DNA of 64,000 nt, from assembly GCA_965223845.1 (NCBI GenBank), contig CBDCXR010000004.1:2976001-3040000 (forward strand), read 5' to 3'. The stretch comes from Planctomycetota bacterium. GTDB lineage: Bacteria; Planctomycetota; UBA8108; SXIK01. The notes beneath the pieces are model-generated. The model was not told the DNA's origin. It saw only the letters and a program-made list of their open reading frames with translations, and did no database searches. The position numbers and the translations under genes were made by a program. Shown here in pieces: positions 49,475 to 60,500 of this stretch (its first letter is position 1; the number at the start of each line of letters is the position of its first letter).

Positions 49475-52400
49475 ATGGCTTCCGAGATCGAACCGCGAAA
49501 TCCGCCTGCCCCGTCGAGGCCCGAAGACCGTGATTGCTGCTGCGACGACCGCTGTTCTACCGGACGCATCGATCGCCGCGGTTTTCTCGGCGTGATTTCA
49601 GCCGCCGCGACCGCTGCGTTCGCGCCTCCCGGCGAGATCTTCGCCGGCCCCTTCGAGGAGACGGACACCGGGGTGCGCTATCGCTCCGCCATCCCCGCCG
49701 ACAAAAAACTCGCCGACGGGTGGGTTCGCTCGCTTTTCGAGCGCGGCACAAAGGATCGGTATTCCGAGCCCGCCGCGCTCCGCCGCATCGGGATGCCCGT
49801 CGGTGGATTGTTTGCCGGCACCGTCTATCTGGGTGGTGACGGACGACTGTGGCTGTGGGACATCTTGAATCGCGATCAGGAAGGAATCGCACCCCGAGAG
49901 CTGAAACAGCCTCTCCCGATTCCAGGTGCGGTCGATCCTCTTCACCAGCGGATGACGAGAGCCGGACTCAACTACCTCGAACCGGCCGAGCCGTACTCTC
50001 CGTTCGAGCAAGGATTCGAGCTCGAAATCGACGACAAGGTTCGCTCGCTGAATGCGACGGGCTTCTCCTCGGTGACGTTCGACGGCCGCTACCCGATCGG
50101 CCGGGTCGACTACACCGACCCCGACTGTCCGGTCGAAGTCACGCTCGAGGCGTTCTCGCCCTTCATCCCACTCGAAGTGAACGATTCCAGTCTGCCCGCG
50201 ACCGTACTTCGGTTTCGACTGAAGAACCGCTCCGAACGAGCGCTCGATGTCGCGCTGCGGGCCACTCTCGAGAATCCCGTCGGCGCGGACAGCGCGAAGA
50301 GGGGGGTTCGTGGGCTCGCGACCTCCGCCGTCTCGCGCTCCCCGGAGTACACGGCAGTCGTCCACAGCGCGAAGCCCCCCGCCGCTGCCGAACCGTCTTC
50401 GCGCCGTCCGGACATCGTGTACGAGACGTTCGAGTCGGATACCTACGGCGATTGGAGCGCCGAAGGTACCGCGTTCGGAGCCGCGCCCGTGCTGAAGTCC
50501 GAGATCCCCGACTATCAAGGCGATGTCGGGGGCGAAGGAGAGCGCGTCGTGAATTCCCACGCCAGCGCGCCGGGCAGCTCCATCGGCGAGAAGGATGCGG
50601 GGACGGGGACGCTCACGAGCCCCGAGTTCAAGATCTCGCGACGTTTCGTCAATCTGTTCCTCGGCGGAGGCGGACACGCAGGAAAGACGAGCGTCAAGAT
50701 CCTCGTCGACGGCGAGACCGTCGCATCCGCCTCAGGGCGAAACGAGAACCGGATGCGCCCCACCTCCCTGCTTGTCCACCCGTTCGAAGGCAAGATCGCG
50801 CGAATCCAGATCTGTGACCACGTGAGCGGCGGCTGGGGGAACATCGGCATCGATCACATCGTCTTCAGCGACACCCCGGTCGCGACGGACGAGCTGGCAG
50901 AACAGCGAGACTTTGGATCCATCGCGCTCGCGCATGTCGGCGCGGCAGGTTCGGAAATCCGAGCGACTTCGAATCGAGACGCCGAGGGTTCGACCGACCG
51001 CTCCTCGGTCCCGCTGGGTGGATCGCTCGTCGGCCGGCTCGAGCGCTCCGTCCGCGTCGAACCCGGACGGGAAGCGCAAGTGGACTGGATCATCGCCTGG
51101 CACTTCCCGAATCTCGAGATCCGCGGCTTGCCCGGTCGTTCGGTCGGACACGCCTACGCAGCGAGATTCTCCTCGGCCGAAGAGGTGATCCGGTACGTGG
51201 CTCGCGAGTTCGATCGTCTCACTCGGACCACGCGCGAATGGGTCGACTGTTGGTACGACTCGACGCTCCCCTACTGGCTCCTCGATCGGACGATGGCGAA
51301 CACGTCGACTCTGGCCACGACCACGTGCTACCGGCTGCGTGACGGCCGATTCTGGGCGTGGGAGGGAATCGGCTGCTGCCCCGGAACCTGCACCCACGTC
51401 TGGCACTACGCACAGGCGCCGGCGCGGCTCTTCCCGGAGATCGAGCGCGATCAGCGAGAACGTGTCGACTTCGGCGACGCGCTTCACGCCGACGGCGGGG
51501 TCGGACACCGCGAGTACATCGACTCGAAGGCGTTCCCCGCCGTCGATGGTCACTGTGGTCGCATTCTCGGCGCCTTTCGTGAACATCAAATGGCGAAGGA
51601 CGACGCGTTCCTGCGACGAATCTGGCCGCGCGTCCGCAAGGCCGTCGAGTGGCTGATCGCGTTCGACAAAAACTCCGATGGGGTTCTCGAAGGCGCTCAA
51701 CACAACACTCTCGATGCGGCGTGGTACGGCAAGATTCCGTGGCTGATCTCGCTCTACCTCGCCGCCTTGCGCGCCGGCGCCGCGATGGCGCGGGAGCGGG
51801 GCGACCCCGAATTCGCGTCCCGCTGCGACGCGATCGCGTCCCGCGGCGCCGAAAGGATTCTCGACCTCTGGGGCGGCGAGTACTTCATTCACGAAGAAGA
51901 TCCGAAGCATTCGAACGCGATCGGTACGGGAACAGGCTGCCACATCGATCAGCTTCTCGGTCAGACGTGGGCGCACTGGACCCACCTCGGCACACTGTTC
52001 GACCGCGAGAAACAACTCTCGGCGCTGCGCGCGCTGTGGAAGTACAACTTCGCACCGGACGTCGGAGCGTTTCGCGAGCGCTTTCCCCGCGGGCGGTGGT
52101 ACGCGGCCGCGGGTGACGCCGGACTCGTCATGTGCACCTGGCCGCGCGGTGGCGAGAAACCCGGCTACTCGAAGCATTGGCAGTACGGGTACTTCAACGA
52201 GTGCATGACCGGATTCGAATGGCAGGTCGCCGCGCACATGATCTGGGAGGGAGCCGATCAGCCCGACCTCCTCCTCGACGGACTCGCGATCGCACGAGCG
52301 ATTCACGATCGCTATCGCGCGGAACGCCGAAATCCCTACAACGAGATCGAATGCTCGGATCACTACTCGCGCGCGATGGCGAGCTTCGGGGTCTATCAGG

Positions 52401-52753
52401 CCGTGTGCGGACTCGAGTATCACGGACCGAACGGGCACTTGGCGATCGCGCCGCGGATTCGTGCCGAGAACTTCCGGGCGTCGTTCGTCGCAGCCGAGGG
52501 ATGGGGCACGATCGCCCAGACGATCGGCGACGACGAGCTCAGCCTGCGCCTCGACCTTCGCCACGGAGCACTGCGCCTGCAGACGATCGGAGTTCACTGG
52601 AAACAGCCCGACCGCCGCGTCCAGTTGAGCTCAGCGCCCGCCGGCGCTCGCGCCGGTCTCGAAAGCGACGGAGACCGACACCTAGTGCGCTTGGGCTCGA
52701 CGATTCGTCTGGAAGTGGGCGAACCGTTCGAGATCCGGCTCCGCTCGGTCTGA
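49475..52753 (+). CDS. Tat-exported GH116 family glycoside hydrolase (non-lysosomal glucosylceramidase-like) with an inserted carbohydrate-binding-like domain
   Basis: DRRGFL; IGMPVGG..AG, FSPFIP..SSLP, WAWEG..CC.GTCTHVWHY, QHNTLD, DQLLGQ, NECMTGFEW, RNPYNEIECSDHYSRAMAS. Confidence 0.9.
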   Translation: MASEIEPRNPPAPSRPEDRDCCCDDRCSTGRIDRRGFLGVISAAATAAFAPPGEIFAGPFEETDTGVRYRSAIPADKKLADGWVRSLFERGTKDRYSEPAALRRIGMPVGGLFAGTVYLGGDGRLWLWDILNRDQEGIAPRELKQPLPIPGAVDPLHQRMTRAGLNYLEPAEPYSPFEQGFELEIDDKVRSLNATGFSSVTFDGRYPIGRVDYTDPDCPVEVTLEAFSPFIPLEVNDSSLPATVLRFRLKNRSERALDVALRATLENPVGADSAKRGVRGLATSAVSRSPEYTAVVHSAKPPAAAEPSSRRPDIVYETFESDTYGDWSAEGTAFGAAPVLKSEIPDYQGDVGGEGERVVNSHASAPGSSIGEKDAGTGTLTSPEFKISRRFVNLFLGGGGHAGKTSVKILVDGETVASASGRNENRMRPTSLLVHPFEGKIARIQICDHVSGGWGNIGIDHIVFSDTPVATDELAEQRDFGSIALAHVGAAGSEIRATSNRDAEGSTDRSSVPLGGSLVGRLERSVRVEPGREAQVDWIIAWHFPNLEIRGLPGRSVGHAYAARFSSAEEVIRYVAREFDRLTRTTREWVDCWYDSTLPYWLLDRTMANTSTLATTTCYRLRDGRFWAWEGIGCCPGTCTHVWHYAQAPARLFPEIERDQRERVDFGDALHADGGVGHREYIDSKAFPAVDGHCGRILGAFREHQMAKDDAFLRRIWPRVRKAVEWLIAFDKNSDGVLEGAQHNTLDAAWYGKIPWLISLYLAALRAGAAMARERGDPEFASRCDAIASRGAERILDLWGGEYFIHEEDPKHSNAIGTGTGCHIDQLLGQTWAHWTHLGTLFDREKQLSALRALWKYNFAPDVGAFRERFPRGRWYAAAGDAGLVMCTWPRGGEKPGYSKHWQYGYFNECMTGFEWQVAAHMIWEGADQPDLLLDGLAIARAIHDRYRAERRNPYNEIECSDHYSRAMASFGVYQAVCGLEYHGPNGHLAIAPRIRAENFRASFVAAEGWGTIAQTIGDDELSLRLDLRHGALRLQTIGVHWKQPDRRVQLSSAPAGARAGLESDGDRHLVRLGSTIRLEVGEPFEIRLRSV

Positions 52754-52787
52754 CGAATTCGCTTCGCATACCGAGCTCGGAGACCGA

Positions 52788-53957
52788 TCAGAGCAGCGAA
52801 TTCCGCGCCCGATACTCCGACGGCGTCTCACCGACTTCCCTCTTGAAGACGACCGTGAGGTACTCGGGATGCGAAAACCCGCATTTCTCGCTGATCACCG
52901 GCTGAGACAGATTCGTCTCGATGAGAAGTCGTTTCGCCCGTTCGATGCGCACTCGTCGAATCTCCTCGTGTGGAGTTCGGTCGAGAATCTCCCGAAAGCG
53001 CCGTTCGAGCACTCGCCGGGACACGTTCACGGAGTCTGCGACTTCATCGACCGAGATGTTCTCGGTGGCGTGAACGCGAATGAACCAAAGCGCCCGCGCC
53101 ACGTTTTCGTCCTCCACCGCCGGGACCGCGGTTGATTGGCGAGAGACGAGTCGATCGGGGGCGACGAGGATCCGATCGTTCTCGACCCGCGCTCCGTGCA
53201 TCATCGAATCGAGAAGCTGCGCAGCCCGGTAACCGATCGCATGGGTATCGAGGTCGATCGACGACAGCGTCGGATCGGAGAGCTCGCACAGGGTCTCGTC
53301 GTTGTCGACTCCGATGATCGCGATCCGTTCCGGCACCGGGATGTCGATTTCGCGGCACAGGTTGATCAACTGCTGCCCCCGGATGTCGTTACAGGCGAAG
53401 ATCCCGACGGGTTTCGGGAGTTCGGACAACCACCGACTCAACTCGGGCTCGATGAAGAGTCCGATCTGCTCGATGTCTCGGATGTCCGCTCCGGCGCGCT
53501 CACAGGTCTCGTACACATGGCAGTCGTGGCCCCGGGCCCGGAGATCCTCGACGAACGCGTCGCGTCGGATCTCGGAGTAGTTGAGACCGCCGAATCCGCA
53601 GAACGCGAGATTGCGGTAGCCGTCGGCGAGGAACCGTTCGGCAGCGAGGTGAGCGATGAGTCGATTGTCGGTGTCGATCACGGGCATGCGAACACTTCTC
53701 GTACCTCGAAGATCGATCACGGGTAGGCTCTTTCGATAGAGAGCCTCTTCGAGCTCGGAGCTTTCGACGCGTGCGAGGATCCCATCTCCGTCCCACGCCT
53801 CGAACCAGTCGGGAACGCGATCGACGAGGCCCCTCTCCTCCGCGAAGAGCGTCCACGGTCCGTGGACCCGAGCGTACTGCGCGATTCCGAGGAGCAAGCC
53901 GCGGCCGTACGCGCGGGACATCTCGATGATCAGGGCTACGCGAGGGCGATGTCTCAT
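52788..53957 (-). CDS. XylR-family transcriptional regulator (periplasmic-binding-protein-like sensor plus AraC HTH)
   Basis: VALIIE...YGRGLL.GI, KPVGIFACND, VPERIAIIGVDND, LSSI; C-terminal SRRVLERRF...CGF...FKREVGETPSEYR. Start ATG 53957. Confidence 0.92.
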   Translation of the reverse strand: MRHRPRVALIIEMSRAYGRGLLLGIAQYARVHGPWTLFAEERGLVDRVPDWFEAWDGDGILARVESSELEEALYRKSLPVIDLRGTRSVRMPVIDTDNRLIAHLAAERFLADGYRNLAFCGFGGLNYSEIRRDAFVEDLRARGHDCHVYETCERAGADIRDIEQIGLFIEPELSRWLSELPKPVGIFACNDIRGQQLINLCREIDIPVPERIAIIGVDNDETLCELSDPTLSSIDLDTHAIGYRAAQLLDSMMHGARVENDRILVAPDRLVSRQSTAVPAVEDENVARALWFIRVHATENISVDEVADSVNVSRRVLERRFREILDRTPHEEIRRVRIERAKRLLIETNLSQPVISEKCGFSHPEYLTVVFKREVGETPSEYRARNSLL

Positions 53958-54049
53958 GAACGTGCCGGACCGAACGGGGCGTCTGCGCAAGAACTCATCT
54001 GTGAAGATGATCCTGTGCCGGTGGACCTGACAACTACCGTCCCTGACGA

Positions 54050-54085
54050 GTCGCAAAATTACAAGTGGATCGTCGCGCGATCTCA
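54050..54085 (+). promoter_or_regulatory. Candidate XylR/AraC-type tandem operator in the divergent regulator/LamG promoter region
   Basis: GTCGCAAAATTACAAG-N6-GTCGCGCGATCTCA, with a -10-like TACGAT at 54109-54114. Matches 49182-49217. Confidence 0.55.
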
Positions 54086-54367
54086 ACGCGCGGTCCGCTC
54101 GCGGAGACTACGATAGTAGACGGGAATCTGAGCGGGCCCCATCGTTGAGGGGAGCCGAGCGGTTTCGAGCGGGGACCGCGGACGGACGGCGGGACGCGGT
54201 CGCGCCGTTACGATTCTCAAGCGGATCGACTCACGCACGATCCGAAGATCGGACCCGACGTCATCCTGGCCCGGCGGGGCGATGGCGCCGAGTCGAGCGT
54301 GTCCGAGTCTCATCTAACACGACGACCGATTCAGCCGAGTTTCCTGGATCTTCTCAGGAGAGATGCC

Positions 54368-57300
54368 ATGCGTTCATTCGTCCCTGCTTTGACCTTAGTG
54401 TGCTTGATCTCGGGAGGTGCAACAGCCCACGCGCAGCTCCTTCACCACCTCACCTTCGACGAAACGACCGGACTCGTCGCCTCCGACCGCGGCTGCCGCG
54501 GCAACGGAACGCTCGTCGGTTTCGACAACGACGACGACGCCCAGTGGGTCGAGGGGCAGTTCGGCGGGGCCCTCGATCTCGGCTCGGACGAGTTCCTCGA
54601 CAATCGCGTGACGCTCAATCTCGATGCGACGAACGGCGGGGAGGCCGGATTCACCGTCGCCATGTGGATCAAACCGGGCGAGCAGATCGGAGTCCCGGGA
54701 GAGTATCAGCTCCTCTCGACACCGGGTGATGTCGTCGGGTTCACGATCATGAACTTCGCCAACGACACGGTCACGCACGACCGCGTGCTGCTCTTCTGGG
54801 ATGGCAACCTCCCGAACCTCCACGTCGGAACGACGACTCTCGAAGCCGACACGTGGTACCACGTGGCGATCACATCGACCGGCGTCGGCGGCGAGAAGCT
54901 CTACTACGTCGACGGAGTGCTCGAGGAGCAGGCGCTGTTCCTCCCCGATCAGGGCGGAACCGAAGGAATGCACCCGGGCAACGTTGACGGCTGGCCCGGA
55001 GGGGCAGGGCAGATCGGCGCGATCGGCAACGGCGCTCGGACGCACGACACGGTGATCGACGACCTCCGCATCTTCGATTCGGCTCTCTCCGCCGACGACA
55101 TCGCTGCGCTCCTCACCGACGAGCCGCTCCCGGCGCCGGTCATATCGAACCTCAATCCGGAAGACGGCGAGCTCCAGCACTCGGCCGCGGCCGGTCTCAC
55201 CTTCGACGTCGAAGTTCAGGCCGACGGCGCCAGCCTCGCCGACGAGAACATCAAACTGTTCCTCAACGGCGAAGACGTCTCGGCCGGCCTCAGCTTCGGC
55301 GGTCCCGCGACCGCGCGCGAAGTCGAGTTCACGGGCCTCGAGGCGGACAGCGCCTACTCGGCTCGGATCGAAGCGACGGATTCGAACGGCTCGACCGCCT
55401 GCCGGAGTTTCACTTTCGCGACGCTCGAGACGGCGCTCGACGGGCTCGTCCATCACTTTCGCATGGACGAGACGTCGGGGCTCACCGCGGTGGACCTCGG
55501 CTCGGCGCGGAACGGGACCCTCTTCGGTTTCGAAGCCGACGACGACTCGCAGTGGGTCTCGGCCGTCTGCGATAACGGACTCGACCTCGGGAGCGACGGT
55601 ACGATCAACAACTACGTCGAGTTCAACGCGCGCGAAGTCAACGCGCTCGACTCGGGCGGGTTCACCGTCTCCATGTGGGTGAATCTCGGCGAGCAGATCC
55701 TGACCCCGGGGGAGTATCAGCTCCTCTCGACGCCGGGCGATGTGGTCGGATTCACGGTCATGAATTTCGATGGGGAAGAGCGACACGACCGAGTGCTCCT
55801 CTTCTGGGACGGGATTCTGCCGGACCTCCATGTGGGAACGACATCACTCGAGCCGGGTGCGTGGTACCACGTCGCGATCACATCGACGGGTTTCGGCGGC
55901 GAGAAGCTCTACTACCTCGACGGCGAGCTCGAGGAACAGACGCTCTTCCTGCCATCGCAGGGCGGTGTCGAGGGGCAGCATCCGGCGAACCGCGACGGTT
56001 GGGCGGAGGGCATCGCCCGGCTCGGCGCGATCGGGGCCGGCAATCGCGCCCATGACTCGATTCTCGACGACGTGCGAATCTACGATCGCGCGTTAGAAGA
56101 GGACGAAATCCTGGACGTGATCGCCGAGTGTCCACCGCCCTGCGATCCCCTCGAGCTGTCCGATCTCGCCCCCCAGAGCGGAGACTCGTTCTACGATCCG
56201 AATGCGGGGATCGAGCTCGAAGTCGCCACTCCGAACGACGGATTCGGGATCGCTGAAGACGGAATCACGATGATCGTGAACGGAGCGGACGTCTCGGGCG
56301 ATCTCACCATCGGCGGCACGCCGGCGACGCGAACGGTCCGGTACGCGGGTCTCCAAGCGGACACGGCCTACTCGGTCGAGATCTCGGTGACGGACGGATG
56401 CGCCGAGCTCAGCCGTTCGCTGACGTTCGGAACCTTCAGCCAGTGCGAAGAAGCGGTCGAAGACGGACTCGTCCACTACTGGAAGCTCGACGAAACGACC
56501 GGGTTCTCTGCGTTCGATTGCGTCGGCGGCAGTATCGCGTCGCTCTCCGGAATCGACGTGGACGACGACTCGCAGTGGACGACGGGTGTCCAGGGCGGCG
56601 CGCTCGACTTCGGCAATGACGGGACGCTCGACAATCTCTTCGAAGCGCCGATTCAAGGCGTCAACGCACTCGACACCGGCGGATTCACCGTGGCGATGTG
56701 GATTCGCCCGGGCGACCAGATCCTGACGCCGGGCGAGTACCAGCTTCTCGCGACGCCGGGCGATGCCGTGGGATTCACGATCATGAACTTCGACGGCGAG
56801 GAACGACACGATCGCGTGCTCCTCTTCTGGGACGGATCGCTTCCGGATCTCCACGTCGGGACGACGACGCTCGAGCCAGGAGCCTGGTACCACGTGGCCA
56901 TCACGTCGACCGGCTTCGGAGGCGAGAAGTTGTACTTCCTCAACGGTCAGCCCGAGGAGCAGGTTCTCTTCCTTCCCGCGCAGGGCGGCGTCGAAGGGAA
57001 CCACGTCGCGACGCGCAACGGGTGGAACCCAGGCATCGGTCGAGTCGGATCGATCGGAGCCGCCCGCTTCCACGACACCGTGTTCGACGAGATCCGCATC
57101 TACGAGCGAGCTCTCGAGCTAGACGACATCGCCGCGCTTGCGTCCGTGCAGCCCGGCGGGCAGTTCGACCGCGGTGACTCGAACAGCGACGGCGAGTTCA
57201 ACATCGCCGACGCCATCTTCATTCTGAACTCTCTGTTCACCGACCTCGCAGCGGATCCCACCTGCGACGACGCGGCCGACGCGAACGACGATGGCGCCGT

Positions 57301-57439
57301 GAACATCGCCGACGGGATCTTTATTCTCAATCGGCTCTTCGGCGAGGCGGGAGCCCCGCCCCCCGAACCGTTCGGGAACTGCGGATCCGACCCGACCGAC
57401 GACGATCTCGACTGCGCCGAATCGACGGCTGGTTGCTGA
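54368..57439 (+). CDS. Secreted protein with three LamG-like repeats, two Ig-like spacers and a C-terminal dockerin-like domain
   Basis: AGGAG RBS and signal peptide (AHA-Q); three copies of LxHx..DETxG...FTVxMW...HDRVLLFWDG...WYHVAIT...D..RI; C-terminal RGDSNSDG..NIADA...DAADANDDG. Confidence 0.88.
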   Translation: MRSFVPALTLVCLISGGATAHAQLLHHLTFDETTGLVASDRGCRGNGTLVGFDNDDDAQWVEGQFGGALDLGSDEFLDNRVTLNLDATNGGEAGFTVAMWIKPGEQIGVPGEYQLLSTPGDVVGFTIMNFANDTVTHDRVLLFWDGNLPNLHVGTTTLEADTWYHVAITSTGVGGEKLYYVDGVLEEQALFLPDQGGTEGMHPGNVDGWPGGAGQIGAIGNGARTHDTVIDDLRIFDSALSADDIAALLTDEPLPAPVISNLNPEDGELQHSAAAGLTFDVEVQADGASLADENIKLFLNGEDVSAGLSFGGPATAREVEFTGLEADSAYSARIEATDSNGSTACRSFTFATLETALDGLVHHFRMDETSGLTAVDLGSARNGTLFGFEADDDSQWVSAVCDNGLDLGSDGTINNYVEFNAREVNALDSGGFTVSMWVNLGEQILTPGEYQLLSTPGDVVGFTVMNFDGEERHDRVLLFWDGILPDLHVGTTSLEPGAWYHVAITSTGFGGEKLYYLDGELEEQTLFLPSQGGVEGQHPANRDGWAEGIARLGAIGAGNRAHDSILDDVRIYDRALEEDEILDVIAECPPPCDPLELSDLAPQSGDSFYDPNAGIELEVATPNDGFGIAEDGITMIVNGADVSGDLTIGGTPATRTVRYAGLQADTAYSVEISVTDGCAELSRSLTFGTFSQCEEAVEDGLVHYWKLDETTGFSAFDCVGGSIASLSGIDVDDDSQWTTGVQGGALDFGNDGTLDNLFEAPIQGVNALDTGGFTVAMWIRPGDQILTPGEYQLLATPGDAVGFTIMNFDGEERHDRVLLFWDGSLPDLHVGTTTLEPGAWYHVAITSTGFGGEKLYFLNGQPEEQVLFLPAQGGVEGNHVATRNGWNPGIGRVGSIGAARFHDTVFDEIRIYERALELDDIAALASVQPGGQFDRGDSNSDGEFNIADAIFILNSLFTDLAADPTCDDAADANDDGAVNIADGIFILNRLFGEAGAPPPEPFGNCGSDPTDDDLDCAESTAGC

Positions 57440-57562
57440 TCGAACCGCAGAGTAGAAGAGAGCACGCGGAGCGTATCCCGTCGCGAATGGACGGGCTACG
57501 CTCCGCAGCACTCTCGCGAATCCCCGGATTTAATGCGCGCGGAGATCTAGAGACCTTTGCTT

Positions 57563-60500
57563 ATGATGTCGCACCTCTCTCCAGCTCCGAGGCGTACACG
57601 GAGGGAGAAACCGAGGACCTACCGGCTGGGGTTCCGTTGCGTCCCCCTGGCCGTCTGGTCTGCGGGTCTGACGATCGCGCTCGCCCTCGCGGTGGCCCGA
57701 CCCGCGCACGGCTTGGTGATCTCGGAGATTCACTATCATCCGGTCGGAGAAGGCGCGGACGGCGGTCGACTCGAGTTCGTCGAGATCGCGAACGACTCCA
57801 CGACGCCTGAGGACTTGAGTGGTTTTCGGTTTTCCGAAGGAATCGAGTTCGAGTTTCCGCCCCAAACGATTCTCCTCGGACGAAGCTACATCGTCGTCTG
57901 CGCCGACGTGGATGCCGTCCGCGCCGAGTACGGAATCGACAACGCGATCGGGAACTTCACGGGGCGATTGGATTCGAGCGGCGAACGGCTGACGCTCGTG
58001 AGTCGTGTCGGCGTCGAGGTCGTCAGCGTGAGCTACCGCGACGAAGGCAAGTGGCCGGTCGCGCCGGACGGGACCGGACACACGCTCGTACTTCGTTCTC
58101 TACGCTCCGATCCGTCGGAGCCGGAGAGTTGGCGAGGAAGCCCGGAGATCGGCGGCTCGCCGGGCGCTCCGAATCTCCCCGAAACCGGCGCGGGAGGCCG
58201 TGAGGACGTCGTCCTCATCGGCGAGGGCGATCTCTGGCGATTCGCGCGCGGCGACGCACCGTTCTCCTCCGGCGAGCCGGCGTGGTACGAATCCGAGTTC
58301 GACGACGCGGCATGGTCTACCGGTGCCGCTGGGTTCGGATACGGCGACGGGGACGACGCGACGGAGCTCGGAGACATGCGAGACGGTTACGGGTCCGTCG
58401 CGTGTCGAGCCACGTTCGAGCTGACGAACGCCGATGTCGAGCGAGGGAAGGTGCGCCTCTCCATCCGCTACGACGACGGCTTTTGTGCGTTCGTGAACGG
58501 GGCCGAATTCGCGCGAGCGAACTGCCCGGACACGATCGATCACGACTCCACGGCAACCGGCGGACACGAGGCCTCGGATCCCGAGGAGTTCGAAGTTCCC
58601 CCGGAACTGCTCCGCGAGGGCACGAATCACATCGCGGTCGTTGGCTACAACGTCACTGTCGATTCGACGGACTTCAGTCTCGCCCCGAGCATCGTCCTCG
58701 AGCGACTCGAAGCTCCGCCCACCGAAGAGACCGTGATGTTCAACGAGCTGCATCGCTCGGTCGGAAACGCATCGTGGGTCGAGCTCTTCAACCCCGGGGC
58801 GAGCGCGATCGATCTCAGCGGATACAAACTCGCGACCGAGCCCAACTCGGACGGCTTCTCCTTGGGAGCGGACACGAAGATCGCCGCCCAGGGATTTCTC
58901 ACCATCACGGACGAGGAGAGCGGCCTCGACTTGAGCTCGCCGGAGGTACGGGTCTTTCTCCGCGACGTCAACGGGCTCGTCGTAGCCGCGTTCGCGTTCG
59001 ATCGCGATCCGCCCGCCGAGTTCGCCGACGAGTCGTTTTCCGAAGCCCTCTTCCCCGACGGGGGCACGAAGACCTGGATCACGCCGATAGCGACGCGGGG
59101 AGAGCCCAATCGTGTCGATCGCGCAACGGCGATCGTCATCAACGAGATCTTCTACCAGCCGCCGGAGGATCGATCGGGGGAATTCGTCGAGATCTACAAC
59201 CGCGAGTCGTCGAGCGTCGATCTGACAGGATATCGCTTCGAGCGCGGCATCGACTTCGAGTTCTCGAACGGAACGCTGATCGGCCCCGGCGAGTATCTCG
59301 TCGTCGCAAAGGACCCGCCGCTCATCCGAGAGATCTACGGGATCGAAAACGTCGTCGGTCCCTACGACGGCAAGCTGTCGAATCGCGGCGAGAATCTCCG
59401 TCTCGTCGATTCGCGGGGAAATATCGCCGACGAGGTCCGGTACTTCGACGGCGGGACGTGGTCGCGTTGGGCGGACGGCGGAGGAGCGAGTCTCGAGCTC
59501 ATCGATCCGGAGCAGCGAAACGACGTGGGAGTGGCGTGGGCAGCGAGTGACGAATCCGAGAAAGCCGATTGGGAGCGTCTCAGCTACCAGGTCGACGACT
59601 ATGTACCCGCCCGCGAAACCGAACTGCACCTATTCCTGGTCGCTCGAGGAGAGTGTCTCATCGACGACGTATCGGTGCGGCGAGGGGCCGGTGACAATCA
59701 CATACCGAATCCCGGTTTCGAAGATTCGACGTCGCCCTGGCGAATCGAAGGGACGCACATCGATTCCCGGCGGGTCACTTGGGACGCGCATTCGGGGGAG
59801 GCCTGCCTGGAGCTCGTCGCTTCGGGGAAGGGCGACAGCTCGGTGAATCGGATCGAGATCGATGCGTCGCCTCGTCTCACCTCCGGTCCCTACGAGGTAT
59901 CGCTCTGGGCGCGCTGGCTTCGCGGGGCGAGCGTGATCGTCGGTCACGGCGAGTTCACCGCCGGCCCCTGGGGCGGTCGACCGGCGCCGTCGGTCAATCA
60001 ATCGGGAAACACGCTCGGGGGAAAGGCCCGGTTGACGGTTCCTCGCGATCTGGGAACGCCCGGTCGAGAGAACACCGCGCGAGCGCGCCTTCGCGATGAA
60101 ACGGGTTCGACCAATCTCGGCCCGCTCATTTGGGCCGTGACTCACTCCCCGGCCACGCCGGAATCGGGCGACCCGGTAACGGTGTCGGCGAGGATCGACG
60201 ACGCCGACGGCGTTGCGTCGGTCACCGTTCTCTATCGCGAAGGAAACGCGAACGGACCGTTCGAACGCGTTCCGCTCACCCGGTCGCCCGGGCGAGGACT
60301 CGACGCGGTGGACGGTCCCGGCGAGCAGCATCGCGCCGAGTTACCGGGATTCTCGGCGCGCGACAAGATCGTGTTCTACCTCGAAGCGACCGATGCGACC
60401 GGGAGAACGAGTCGATTCCCGGCTACTGCGCCGGCGGAGACGCTGCTCTTCATGGTGTCCGGCCCTCAGGAGAGCGATCTCGATTCCGTCGCCATCGCAC

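Noticed and set aside
48980-49533. Short ORFs with ERERER or SLSLSL runs
   Set aside because: These are translations of the (GAAAGA)n tract and repeat arm in an intergenic region.
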